Part shown: positions 41,645 to 53,400 of the stretch, one piece after another | How the letters are laid out: each line of letters opens with the position of its first letter | Numbering within the stretch: the stretch's first letter is position 1 | NCBI GenBank assembly: GCA_051294375.1 | Contig: CM119271.1 | Coordinates: forward strand, 13,512,284-13,576,262 | Direction: 5' to 3' | DNA from: Paraspadella gotoi | Taxonomy: Eukaryota > Animalia > Chaetognatha | Length of the DNA: 63,979 bases | The notes under the pieces: generated by a model | Database searches by the model: none | The model's input: the letters and a program-made list of their open reading frames with translations, nothing else | What the model was told of the DNA's origin: nothing | Made by a program: the position numbers and the translations under genes

Positions 41645-41810
41645 GCAGTGACTCAATGGTAAAATTATACAATGATACAATGTTACAATGACTCAATGAT
41701 ACAATAATACAATTATTTAATGACAGAATTATACATTGTATAATATACAATGACCCAATGATAAAATGACCTAATGACACAATGCCTAAATGCTACATTT
41801 ATACAATGAT
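41645..41810 (+). repeat. Degenerate 8-bp (ACAATGAT)n repeat
   Basis: aatgatacaatgttacaatgactcaatgatacaataatac. Confidence 0.75.
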
Positions 41811-42675
41811 AAAAAGTTTTTTTGCCAGTTCCACCCACTTTGCCCATCCAAATACTGCCATTCTGGTTGCCATTCCCACCTCAGCACCTCTTCTCCCTCT
41901 AATTGTCATCCACTATTGCCATCTTCAGTTGCCATTTCCACCATCCAACCTCACCTCCCCTCCCACCACTTTTTTCCAGTTCCCCCCGCCTTTCTCAATA
42001 CCATCTCCTCTGCCATAATTTTCTCCAGGGAAGAATTTCTCCCTCATTCTTTTCATTCAGGATTCATACCAGTTTTCACTTTTTTCTTCATTGTTCAGCA
42101 TTGTTCTTCATTGTTCTTCATTGTTCACTCATTTCGTTCGATCTTCTTTCTCCCTTATCATTTCGTCATCGATAGATATTTATCACATCGTTTTCTTTGT
42201 CCTGAGTTTATCTACCATCTCTCATTCTCTCTCTTTCTTTCTCTCCTCTTCTCTCCCTTTACTTGTTTCTTTTCTCTCTTCTTCATATTTCCTATATTTC
42301 TTCTTCTTCTCTTCCTATTCCCTCTTCTCATTCTTCTTTCTCTCTTCTACTTCTATTTCCCCTCTCTTTCCCTTCCTTTTACTTAATAATTCCTCTCTTT
42401 TATTTTACTCTCAGTTCTCATCTATATTTGCTTTTCCCTTTCTCTCCCCATTCTCTCTTTTACTTTTCTTTCCCCTCTCCTTTCCCTTCCTCTCCTTCTC
42501 TCTCCTCCCTCTCCCTCCCTTTTCCTCCTTCCTCCCCCTGCTCCCCTCTCCCTGCTCCTCTTCCTCCCTCTCCCTCCTCTTTACTCCTTCACTCTCAAAC
42601 TCGCGTAAAAAATAAGTTGCGTTTCTTCCTACGCGAATTACGTCCTTTTAAAATCTCTCGGCTGCCTCCTCGTGG

Positions 42676-43000
42676 TTGGCGTCTGGCAGTTGCCGTCTGG
42701 TGGGTGGCATTTGGTGAGTGGCGTCTCGCTCTTGGCGTCTGGCAATTGGCTTCTCGCAGTTGGTTGGTAGTGGGTATCCAGAGGCGGGTGGTGTCTGGCA
42801 GTTGGCGTATAGCTGGCGGTATCTAGTGGGCGGCGTGAGATGGGTAGTCTCTGGCATTAGGCGAGTGGCGTCTGGCAGATCGCGTCTTATCTCAGTCAGT
42901 TGAACCGCGAGTGGCTGAGAGGCACCTCAATGACTGATAAGCAATGCGATAAAATTTTTAGTTATAAAAACTGTGCAACTGCGCGGGGATAAGTAAGATG
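42676..43000 (-). repeat. Dispersed repeat with TGGCGTC/TGGCAGT heptamer array; inverted diverged copy at 43987-44135
   Basis: Reverse complement of 42945-43000 (ATCTTACTTATCCCCGCGCAGTTGCACAGTTTTTATAACT) matches 43987 ATCTTACTTATCCCCACGCAGTTGCCCAGTTTTAATAACT; 42676-42730 matches 44079-44134. Confidence 0.75.
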
Positions 43001-43852
43001 GCGAGTAGTACCCATGGAAATAATATGATCAAAACCCTTTTTTAAAGTAAAGTACTCAAATTGGCTGAGAGTTTAAATTTATATTTTAAGTTCTGAGTTT
43101 ACAGAATCATTCGTCCGTAGTTTGTCAATTTTATACCAAACATGTACATTGTCAGCTTAAATATGCAATCAAAAATAAATCTTAAATCTATATTAACATT
43201 TTTAAAACACTTAATTTAATCAACCTTTNNNNNNNNNNNNNNNNNNNNNNNNNNNNNNNNNNNNNNNNNNNNNNNNNNNNNNNNNNNNNNNNNNNNNNNN
43301 NNNNNNNNNNNNNNNNNNNNNNNNNNNNNNNNNNNNNNNNNNNNNNNNNNNNNNNNNNNNNNNNNNNNNNNNNNNNNNNNNNNNNNNNNNNNNNNNNNNN
43401 NNNNNNNNNNNNNNNNNNNNNNNNNNNNNNNNNNNNNNNNNNNNNNNNNNNNNNNNNNCTCTCTCTCTCTATCTTCTCGTCGCATCGGGAGAAGGAAGAA
43501 AAAAAATTTTCTGTTTTTTCACACTCATTAAACGACTTCACAAGGACGGCGACAAAGATGACGACGACGACGACGAACAACGATGATGACGACGAACGAC
43601 GACGACAATTTCAATGACAACGACAGCGACAACTCGACGTCAACACTGGTAATGATTTTTTTCCCCAGAAAAAAAAAAAGTCAAGTTGAAAGACTCGCGA
43701 TGCTTGAGAAGCGACGGACCATTTTTTCTCTCTCTGTTTCATGCTCTTTCTCTCTCTCTATTTCTCTTTCTCTCTCTCTCTGTTTCTCTCTCTTTCTTTT
43801 TTTTTTGTTCTTTCCTTCCTTTTTCTATATTTTTCTGTCTTCCTTTACTGAG

Positions 43853-44279
43853 TTTTTTAGGTGCGTAATAGTGGAGCGACTCTTGAGGTCGATTTTGGTT
43901 GGTCAGTCAGTAGGTTAATCGGTTATTATTTTTATTCATTAGTTTATCCTTTATTTCTGTATTGTTTAGTTATTTTCTTACTAATTATCTTACTTATCCC
44001 CACGCAGTTGCCCAGTTTTAATAACTTAAATTTTTTTTGCATTTCTTATCAGTCATTCAGGTAGGCCTCTCAGTCATTCGCCAGACGCCAGTCACCAAAT
44101 GTCACCCACCAAAAACCAACTGCCAGACGCCAAATGCTTCACGCCATCTATTAGATAGAAACTATGCATTCAGCGGATATCTTATTAACTTAAAATAAGA
44201 TATTAATATAAATTATATAAATAAGTAAATAAGTAAATAAAATCAGCGCAATACATTTAAGTCACCATTCCTTGTTTTT
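43853..44279 (+). mobile_element. Diverged HINE-like copy carrying a second repeat inside it
   Basis: TTTTTTAGGTGCG...GAGCGACTCTTGAGGTCGATTTTGGTTGGTCAGTCAGT at the 5' end; CAGCGCAATACATTTAAGTCACCATTCCTTGTTTTT at the 3' end. Confidence 0.5.
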
Positions 44280-44799
44280 GTTTTCTCTTTCCTCTTTTGT
44301 TTTTGTTTTTTTGTTTTTTATCTTTTTTTCCTTTTCCAGCCATATTTTTTTATTCCTTCCCGAGTCCATTTTTTCCATCTTTTGACGGACGAATCCGTCA
44401 ATTTGTTGACGTCACAGACTTCACTCAATCACAACTCACGCGTGACAATCGATCAATCTCCTTCGTCCTTCACTCATCATTCTTTTCACAGGTTCACAAA
44501 CTGTGTCACATCACGTTTGATACAAATAATCAGTCAGTCAGTCAATAGATTTTGATCTTGATCCCCGTTCAAATCTCTTTTGCCAAATCTTGATACTTCT
44601 GGTATATATTTTTACCATCCTCTGGCTAGTTAGTTTTATATTATATTTTACATATATGATTTTTGCTCTCTCATCAGTGTACTGGGGAATTCATTGGATT
44701 TTTTGAGTCAAATCTATATTTTGACTTTGTAGTCTTAAAAGAAAATTTTCTTGACGAGTGGAAACAGCTGAAATATTTTATTCTTATTTACCATTGCAA

Positions 44800-44945
44800 T
44801 TTAAATCTCTTTCCACAATTATACCAAATTCTACTCATGATCTAAATCTTTTTTCCATAAATCTACTAAATCCTAGTCATGATCTAAATCTCTTTTCACA
44901 AATATACTAAAGCCTAATCGTGATCTAAATCTCTTTTCACAAATC
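44800..44945 (+). repeat. ~41-bp tandem repeat, 3-4 copies
   Basis: GATCTAAATC at 44839, 44881 and 44922. Confidence 0.8.
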
Positions 44946-45036
44946 TTTCTCCTCATCACGATCCGCATTCCTAATCCCAAATTCCGCGACTGCGATTTAA
45001 ATCCAGTTTACGATTTTGTTCTTCGCCTCCCACTCG

Positions 45037-45076
<40 letters not shown>

Positions 45077-45344
45077 TCATCTCTCCTATGTTCATCTCTT
45101 CTTCTCATTCTTCGTCTCTGCTCTCTCTCGTCCTCACCTCACATCCCGGATTACCGTCTTTTTATAGAGGGGAAAAATTGACGGGCTGTAGTCGTCGTCG
45201 TTCGTTTGTTTAGTTGCCTGTTAAAAAAGCGTAGTCCTGTTGTCGGAGCATATTTCACGCGAGACCGCCTATACATAACAACCTTCAAGTCTGAAACGAG
45301 GTGGCTCAATTGTAGTAAGNNNNNNNNNNNNNNNNNNNNNNNNN

Positions 45345-45777
45345 CCCGCCTATAAACATAACACCTTCAGTCGTGACGAGGTGGCTCATTGAGTAAAGCC
45401 CTCAGCTCAAGACCACTAGGTACTGGGTTAAATCTCAACCCGGTACCTACCCTGAGGGAAGCGTTAGGACGGCCGTAAGCCGCCTTGGGGGCCTGGAAAA
45501 ACCCTCAAGCCTGGTTCCAAGCCCAGATCCCGTTCTATGGTTGCCGAGTGGGCAAGTTACGGATACTAGTAGTCTTCAGCCAAATTAGCGCCTTATCCAC
45601 ACTGGTGAGCCCATCCTGTCGTGCGTATTCCAACCATCTGATTCCAGGCCCCTGGACAAGCTGAAGATTGCTCTCCTCCCTCCACTGGAAGCAGGGTGCG
45701 CTACAATCTGGGGGGCATGTAGTCGGGCATTGCATAAGTTCACCCCCGCCTATAAGCATGACACCCTCAGTCGCGAC
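45345..45777 (+). mobile_element. tRNA-headed SINE-like or tandem unit of ~400 bp with terminal direct repeat
   Basis: A-box-like GTGGCTCATTGAGTAAAG (~45381) and B-box-like GGGTTAAATCTC (~45425) at tRNA-like spacing; CCCGCCTATAARCATRACACCYTCAGTCGYGAC occurs at 45345 and ~45745; GC-rich relative to flanks. Confidence 0.45.
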
Positions 45778-46290
45778 TTTGTTTTGTTGATGTAATGTTT
45801 ATCGCTGTCGTCGTCGTTATTGCAGTCGTTTTGTCGATGTAATTTTTATGGCCATTGTCATCATTGTCATCGTTATTGCAGTCGTTTTCTCTCTTCGGTT
45901 TTGATGACGTAATTGTAATTGTAATTATTGCCATGGTCGTCGTCGTCATGGCAGTCTATTTCTCTCTTCTGTTTTGTCAACGTAATCTTTATTGCCATCG
46001 TCGTCATCGTCCTCGTTATTGTAGTTGTTTTCTCTCTTCTATTTTGTCTATAAAATATTTATTGACGTCATCATCGTCGTTGTCATTATTGCAGTCGTTT
46101 TCTCTCTTCTGTTTTGTCAATGTAATCTTTATCGTCGCCATCGTCTTTGTCGTCATTATTTCAGTTATTTTCTCTCTTCTGTTTTGTCGACATAATATTT
46201 ATCGACAATGTCATCGTCATTGTCGTTATTGCAGTCGTTTTCTCTCTTCTGTTTTGTCGACGTAATCTTTATCCTCGCCGTCGACTTCGT
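45778..46290 (+). repeat. 70-bp minisatellite (~7 units) grading into (GTC)n
   Basis: TCTCTCTTCTRTTTTGTC recurs at 45961, 46031, 46101, 46171 and 46241 (exact 70-bp spacing). Confidence 0.9.
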
Positions 46291-47829
46291 CGTCGTTGTC
46301 TTCGTTTTCGGCGTCTTATGAGTTGTCGTCTTCATTGTCGTCGTTGTTGTTGTCCTTTTCTTTCTTTATTCCCATGGTGTTCGCTGTCGTCTTCGTCGTC
46401 GTCGTCGCCATTGTAGTCGTCCTCGTCGTCGTCTTTGCTGTCATCCTCTTCTTCTTTCCCATCGACTTTGTCAATGTCGTCGTCGTCGTCGTCGTCGTCT
46501 TCATCGTCGTCGTCGTCGTCGTTCTCTTAAAACGGGTTCTTCCTGTAAAGACAATGACCCTTCTCCCGTTTTTAAAAAGGGTTCCCCCTTTTCATCCCCT
46601 TTTCATCCCCTTTTTTCTCCCTTTATTCTNNNNNNNNNNNNNNNNNNNNNNNNNNNNNNNNNNNNNNNNNNNNNNNNNNNNNNNNNNNNNNNNNNNNNNN
46701 NNNNNNNNNNNNNNNNNNNNNNNNNNNNNNNNNNNNNNNNNNNNNNNNNNNNNNNNNNNNNNNNNNNNNNNNNNNNNNNNNNNNNNNNNNNNNNNNNNNN
46801 NNNNNNNNNNNNNNNNNNNNNNNNNNNNNNNNNNNNNNNNNNNNNNNNNNNNNNNNNNNNNNNNNNNNNNNNNNNNNNNNNNNNNCAACTTATTTTAATA
46901 TCTATATCTTTAGTTATTTTAGTACCCAAATATATCTATTTATTTATCTTTTTTTAAATTATCACTTTATTTATTTATTGTTTATTTATTTATTTAATTA
47001 ATTTCGTTTTATCGATTTTAAACCCCTTCAAGCCTTTTGTTTTTTTTTTCTCCATTCTAGAAAGATCATTTTCCTTCTTTCAAAAACTAAAGCGACATCT
47101 GTTTTTCCCTTTTTTCTCTCTCTCTCTCTTTTTCTCTCCGCTTGACGGAAGTCGACTTCATCATCTTTTGTTCTTCTGACAACGAGAAGAGATTCTCTCC
47201 TTTTTTTCTCTTTTTTCTCTTCTTCCTCTCCCTCCCTTCCTCTTCCTTCTCTTCCTCTTCCTCTTCCTTCTCTTCCTCTTCCTCCTCTTTCTCTTCTTCC
47301 TTCTCTTTTCCCACGAAACGGCCCATATTCCAAATGTGTTCAAATTCAGAACTTAAGCTGTTTCTTACCGCTACTCCTTAAAGATTTTACGGTTTAAACA
47401 GGTCGCTGAGTTAAGGTCAATTGGAGGGCGGTCTATGTTTAGCGAGTTAGGAGTTTANNNNNNNNNNNNNNNNNNNNNNNNNGTTCGAGTTAAAGATTAG
47501 CGATTAAAGTTTAAGGCTAGGTCTAACGATTAAATTAAGGATAAGGTTTAAGAATTAGGATTAAAGTTTAGCATTTAATTTTGGTAACAGATTACAGAAA
47601 TGGGGAGCTTTAGGAAAAGAGAGCCAAAAGCTTTTACCTCTTCTTTGTTTTTCTTCCGTCAAGAGCGATAAAGGAAAAATAAATCAATGCAAAAATAGGA
47701 GAGCAAATATTTTTCTAATTTATTATTATTAACATCTCATTTCCTAAAAAAAGACATCTCATTCCCTGTGTTCAACCGATATATCCAATTTTTCCATATT
47801 ATCCATTTATTTAATTAATAAGCTATTGT

Positions 47830-47965
47830 AGGTTTAGGCCTCGTACAAGATAATAACATAGCAGGTCCCTGCAAGCTTTCAATCAAGACTCTCTCACAGT
47901 TTAGTATCTCTCTGAGTACCTGGCTTCCCTATCAATAAAGTAGAATAACATTTCGAAGTATGTTT
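47830..47965 (+). repeat. Dispersed ~135-bp repeat with an inverted copy at ~63230-63372
   Basis: ACAAGATAATAACATAGCAGGTCCCTGCAAGCTTTCAATCAAGACTCTCTCACAGT matches the reverse complement of 63295-63350 with 2 substitutions; GAGTACCTGGCTTCYCTATCAAT is also shared. Confidence 0.85.
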
Positions 47966-48212
47966 CCAGTATAAGGTGATAGACAGACGCGGGTCTATTA
48001 CCCCTCTCCTTCTCATTCACCTCCTCTTCATCCTGCTTCCAGGGATTCGGGGCCGCGTTCACGAGATTCAGTTCACCTTTCTCTCTTCTCTTACTAGTTT
48101 CTCCCCTTTTTTTACCCTCATGATTTTGTCGCCGTATAGATTTTCCTGGCATCAATATATTATTTTCCCGCATTCTCGTGACATTACTTCCGGTTAGGAT
48201 ACCTTTTTAGAG

Positions 48213-48276
48213 TGGCGCCCAATGTGGGGCTCGAACCCACGACCCCAGGATTAAGAGTCCTGTGCTCTACCGACTG
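48213..48276 (-). pseudogene. 5'-truncated tRNA-Lys(CTT) copy with 3' CCA (tRNA pseudogene or extended primer-binding-site-like sequence)
   Basis: Reverse complement CAGTCGGTAGAGCACAGGACTCTTAATCCTGGGGTCGTGGGTTCGAGCCCCACATTGGGCGCCA: perfect anticodon stem CAGGA/TCCTG with CTT anticodon, T-arm GTGGG-TTCGAGC-CCCAC, 3' acceptor strand plus CCA. The first ~12 nt are absent. Confidence 0.85.
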
Positions 48277-50312
48277 TAAAAAATTGATCAATCACAAGAA
48301 CACTGTTCTTTTTTTCTAATTAATTTGGAAAGATTGTTTTCCATCGTTGCCTTCGCCAGTAGCCACGGTCCTTACTTGAAAAGCACGTTTGACTCTTTAC
48401 TGTCCAATTGTCCATGGTTTGATAATTGTTTTAACCTTGTTTACTTACCTCATTAAAGAAACCACTTAGACGAACTTACCAAACTCTTCTCTCACGAACC
48501 CACTTTTTTTAATCAAACCCACGCGGCGCCTTTTCTGAACCTCACCCACGATTCCACGCGTGACTCGTTCTCGCTCCTCTCTCTCTCTCTTCTCTTCTCT
48601 CTCTACTCGTCTCTCTCTCTCTCTCACTCTCTCTCTCCTCTCTCTCTCTTCTCTTATCTTTCTCTCTCTCTCTCCCTCTCCCAACCCACGCGTTTTGCCC
48701 CCGACTGGCATATTTCGGGTCTGGCGCATTTCAGCCATGCACGTTTCATTGAACAGACCTCCCACTCTCTCTCTCTCTCTCTCTCTCATCATCTCTCGAC
48801 TCGTCTCTTCTCTGCTCCTCCTTCTCCGTTCTCTCTCGTCTCTCTCTCTCTCTCTCTCTCTCTTTCTCCAGGGAAAAGGAAAGAGATTTTCTTGGATTCT
48901 TGATGGAAAACGAGCGTACGCAGTATTTAAAATAAATAAATTTTTTTTTATATAGAATGACGGAAAAATTAGATGAATAGTTTCCTTGTTGTTAAATATT
49001 TAACATTTCGAGACTTTAGATCCTTATCACGTTCATAAACATTCTCATTTAATTAATATTGTATCATAATAAGTGTATTATTACAACTCTTCTTCAAAAT
49101 AACGCTTTTTCGTAACATTTAAAATAATCATTAGGCCTAAACTTAAGCCTAATGGGTTTTCAGGGAAAATAAAATTTTCAGTGACTTTTTAGTCAAACAA
49201 AACTCCCTCTCTTCGTCTTTACTTTTTCTTGTTTTTTCTGCTTCTCTCATCTCTCTCTCCNNNNNNNNNNNNNNNNNNNNNNNNNACGGGGATTCCAGAC
49301 GTCGGAGCGAAGCGAAAAAAGCCAGTGACGAACCAAGAAACCAAGAAAAAAAATAGTAGCCAAAACAAATCGAATCGGAAGGTATAAATCTAGTTTAAAA
49401 ACAACAGATAAAGGACCTTAAAAACCAACCAACAAGCTCTTGCAACTGAAAAACCAATTAACCGAACGTAACGAAATACTATTACTAGCGAAACAAATAT
49501 GAATGGAACCATTGGGAAATTTTTTATAAAAATTATTACCGATTATATAAACGAGGATCGGAAAATACGAAAGGGAAAAAAAGGAGAAGGGAAAGAGGAA
49601 CATAATGAGAAACGAAAGAATCTCACGAGAGGAGAGCAAAACGACAACAAACAAAACCGACGGCGAAGACGAGACCGAAGGACCGGCGAACTTATGATTG
49701 ACGGATCACACGAAACCAATAAACGGAGCGAACCGGTTGACGATCCGACACGTTTGGCGAATCCGGTAGGTTCTAGAGGGGGCGTCGACGGGCGTTGCCC
49801 AGGTCGACACTCGCGCCCTCAGCGAACCGCGAGAAAGGAGCTGCCAAAAGGAACGAAGCTGATACGAAGAGAAATTAAAGAACAAACCGACTTTCGGGAT
49901 TTACGTTTTCCGGTGTCTTTGTACGAAATGTCAATTTTTTTTTTTTTTTGGAGAGGGAAATGGACTTTTGAGATCGCAGGTTCGATTTGACGGACTTTGT
50001 TCCAGATTTGAAGAAGTGACGTTCGTTGGTGAAAAGATGAGTAAGAGGTTCATTTTACGCCTCAATTCTTTTTTTTTTTGTTCTGATCAAATGAATTTTC
50101 TTTTTTCTGTTTTGATTGAGTCACCCGGAATATCGGAAGTAAGGGATTCACGAGGGCAAGGAAATCGAAAAGAGGAACTAAATAATCGATTGTTTGAAAG
50201 GAAAAAAAAAACAGCTAGTTGAATATTTAGCAGAAGGAAAAGTTGAATTGGAGGCCTCTGAGCGAAGAAGGAACAGGAACGCAGTGGGAAAGTAGAACGT
50301 TCTCTTTTCTCT

Positions 50313-50357
<45 letters not shown>

Positions 50358-50374
50358 CTACTCTCTCTCTTGCG

Positions 50375-50418
<44 letters not shown>

Positions 50419-53400
50419 TTTCAACCTCACTTCTCTTTCCCCCCCCCCTCTCGGGTCTCACAAACTTTTTTGGCTTGTCAAAGTAGGCAGTCTGTTTCGG
50501 CGGATTCAGAATGTATTTCAAATGTAATCCTTTTACTCCTCCTTTGATTTACATTCTCCCTAAATTACGTCACATGGAATCAGGACAGCCCGATGAGTTA
50601 GTCGTATGCGAAAATCGCATTAGGGCTACGATTTACTTGAGAGCGAAACAGTTGTTTGTCACGGTTGGAGCGAAAACCGCGTCCCCGGAAACCAAATATT
50701 GGCACGAGAGAATGATCGAAGCCAATTAACTTTTATTTCCTTTTCGATATGGGGAGGGGGGGAGAGAGAAGGATAATTTAATTTATAGCACTAACACAAT
50801 ATTAATATCCATCGTTTATATTTTTCGCAAATAAAACCGAAAGTTATAATAGCGGAATTTTTCTCGTATGTATATTTTTTTCCGGAGTTTCTTTTTTTTT
50901 TTCTTCTTTTTCCTTTCTTTTTTTAGTCAACCAAAAAAAAAATAAGTGGATATGATTCTTGGTTGTCGTCTCTTCCAGATCGCTAATGTCGTGACGCGAG
51001 AATTCGGCGATAAAACACCAATTAATTGAGAAAGAGAAAAAATCCAACTTGTTATGCAGATCTGATACGAAAAAAAGAGTGTTGGAGCGAGTGGGAGTGA
51101 AAAGGCGACGGGAGCGGAAAAGTGAGAAAGATCAGGATCAGACAGCGGTCATACCTTAGGGAAAGTGTTATTTCATACAGAAAGGTACGGGCGTTCCAGC
51201 CCGGCTTTGGGTTACGTTTTAATAATAACTTGTAAGGACAACTTGACCTTGCTGAGCCCCGACAATTAACGGACCGAAAAATCGAAAATATTTCCATTGG
51301 ACGGACGGGAGATTTTCGCTTTTCACGTTTAACACCAATCTGAAGAATCTCCATTCAAGAACTCCAGCAAAACCCCATCCAACCACCCTCGCGGAAAACC
51401 ACGGAGGGATCAAAAAAAGCAGGATCGATATTTTTCTTTCTCGAATATTCGGGCTCACGTTTTATTTCGCGGCCTCAGAGTCGGAAGTTTTTTTTCCCCT
51501 TTTTTTAAAAATATTATTTTACCTCTTCGAGAATGAAAGAATTGTGTTTGCAGGCTCTCGTTTTCATCCTGTTTGCTTTTTTTGTCGGGAAATTTCTGCG
51601 AAATGGGCAAATTACTCAAAAGGAGGCTCGGATTCCTTCACGCAAACCCACGCCGTCCCAGTCAGGTTCTGCTTTTGCTTTAATTCGATCGGTGCGGAGG
51701 AGATTTAAAAAAAAAAAAAAAAAGGAGCGGGAAAGACGATGAAATTTATCATCCGGCCAAAAAGGTGAAAACTTTTAGTGTGTGACATAGACATTGATTA
51801 AGAGAAAAAAAAAAATATTCACGAGGATCAGAAATCAGAAATTTTTTGTGTTTTAGCTTAGTAGTAGTTCTTGCTTTAAGAGACACCAAACATCAAAAAG
51901 GGAAATCTTTAGTCTGATTGCCGCTGTGTTTAATTGTAAACGTATTGTAGTATTGTCGTGTACGAAGACGTGTTGGGGCTGTGTCACCGTTCGCTGGTGG
52001 AGTTCAACACTTAGAGGAAGTTGTGAAGGAGAACGAAAATTTTGGCAGTCGAAAACGAACGACTTGACGATGGCAAGAATTATTTAGGAAAATAATCAAA
52101 AATAAATCAATATAAATAAGCCCTTGAACGCAGAAAAATTTTATCTTATGTATATATATGTATTGATTTATACTATTTTTTGGCGTTTTGCATAGTAAGT
52201 CAATAAAAAAGAATGAGTACAAGGAAAAGAGAGAGAAAAAAAAATCGTAAAAAAGAAAAAATTGGAGCGAAAATTCGTGGAATCTCGAAAAACCCGGAAG
52301 GGTGGAATGAAGTGAAAGGAATCGGGAAGGGGGCGGCTTCGGAAGGCTTTTCAGAGGCAAAGTAGGACCCTCACCTCAGCTCCTTTTCTTCTTCCACTTT
52401 CGTCGGTCTGACAGACCAAAGGGAACGCCGAAAAACCGCTTGGAGTCGAGAAAAGAAGAAGAAGAAAAACAAGGAAATAAAGAAAAAGGAATCGATTTTC
52501 TGTGTTATATATGATATATGAATTCAGAGGGTAAAAGAGAGAAACAAAGGAACGTATAGTATCACAAGTAATTGCGCCAGACATTAGTTTTAAAATATTT
52601 ATTACTTTCTTTAATCCTTTTATTTCCGTGTAAAAGATTTACGACCCCGCTCGATGCAATGCGGTGAATCAAATCTTTTATTTCTTATGCATAAGTTATA
52701 TAAATTCATTTATAAAAACAAAGAGGGAGCAGGCTGCTAGTTAGTCGCTTAAGATTTTGAAGGTGGTTTTTTGCCTGTTCTTTAACAACACATGAGCAAT
52801 GATCTGTAGGTTAAAGTTATAATCCTTTTTAACGTAAGGTGGAACGCCCGAGGCGAGAACCGACAGAACCGACCGAAAAGTGGAACTGAAAAAAAAAAGA
52901 AATGGCGCGGACGAGGACGGACGACGACGTTAATTTTTTGTTTCTGGTCTTTTGAGAGTTCCACTCGAGTTGGTTTTCGATAAAAAAATATCGAAGGACT
53001 CGAAAGAGTTTTACTTTTTCAATTTTGAAGCACCGATAAAGATTGCTTTTTTTTTTTAAGGGTTTTCTAAATATTTGAATCATAATATTCCCACATTATT
53101 CTTCTTGAAAATCTCCAACTTAAATCTTGGTCGATGACGTGATTATTTTCGTTTTTCCAACGAAATGGGGCGAATTGGGGCGTGTCTTCCCCGGGCGACT
53201 TTCCCCGGGCGTGAGAACGCGTCATCGACGACTACGATCGTGTCCGAGATGCGAGTGACGCGTTTTCCGACCCTTGAACAACGGGAGGTCTCCGCAAAAA
53301 ATTGATCGTTTACGACGTTGACGTAATCATGTGGATCAGAGAGTATACTCCGAACCGGTCTTAACGACGACGATGGCGGACGTCGATGACGACCACGCGA

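Noticed and set aside
47483-47575. Telomere-like TTAGG/TTAGGG degenerate tract (also 19735-19770)
   Set aside because: Too short and degenerate; no perfect array.
48213-48276. Functional tRNA gene or intact LTR retrotransposon
   Set aside because: The 5' acceptor strand and part of the A box are absent; no paired LTRs, gag or pol nearby.
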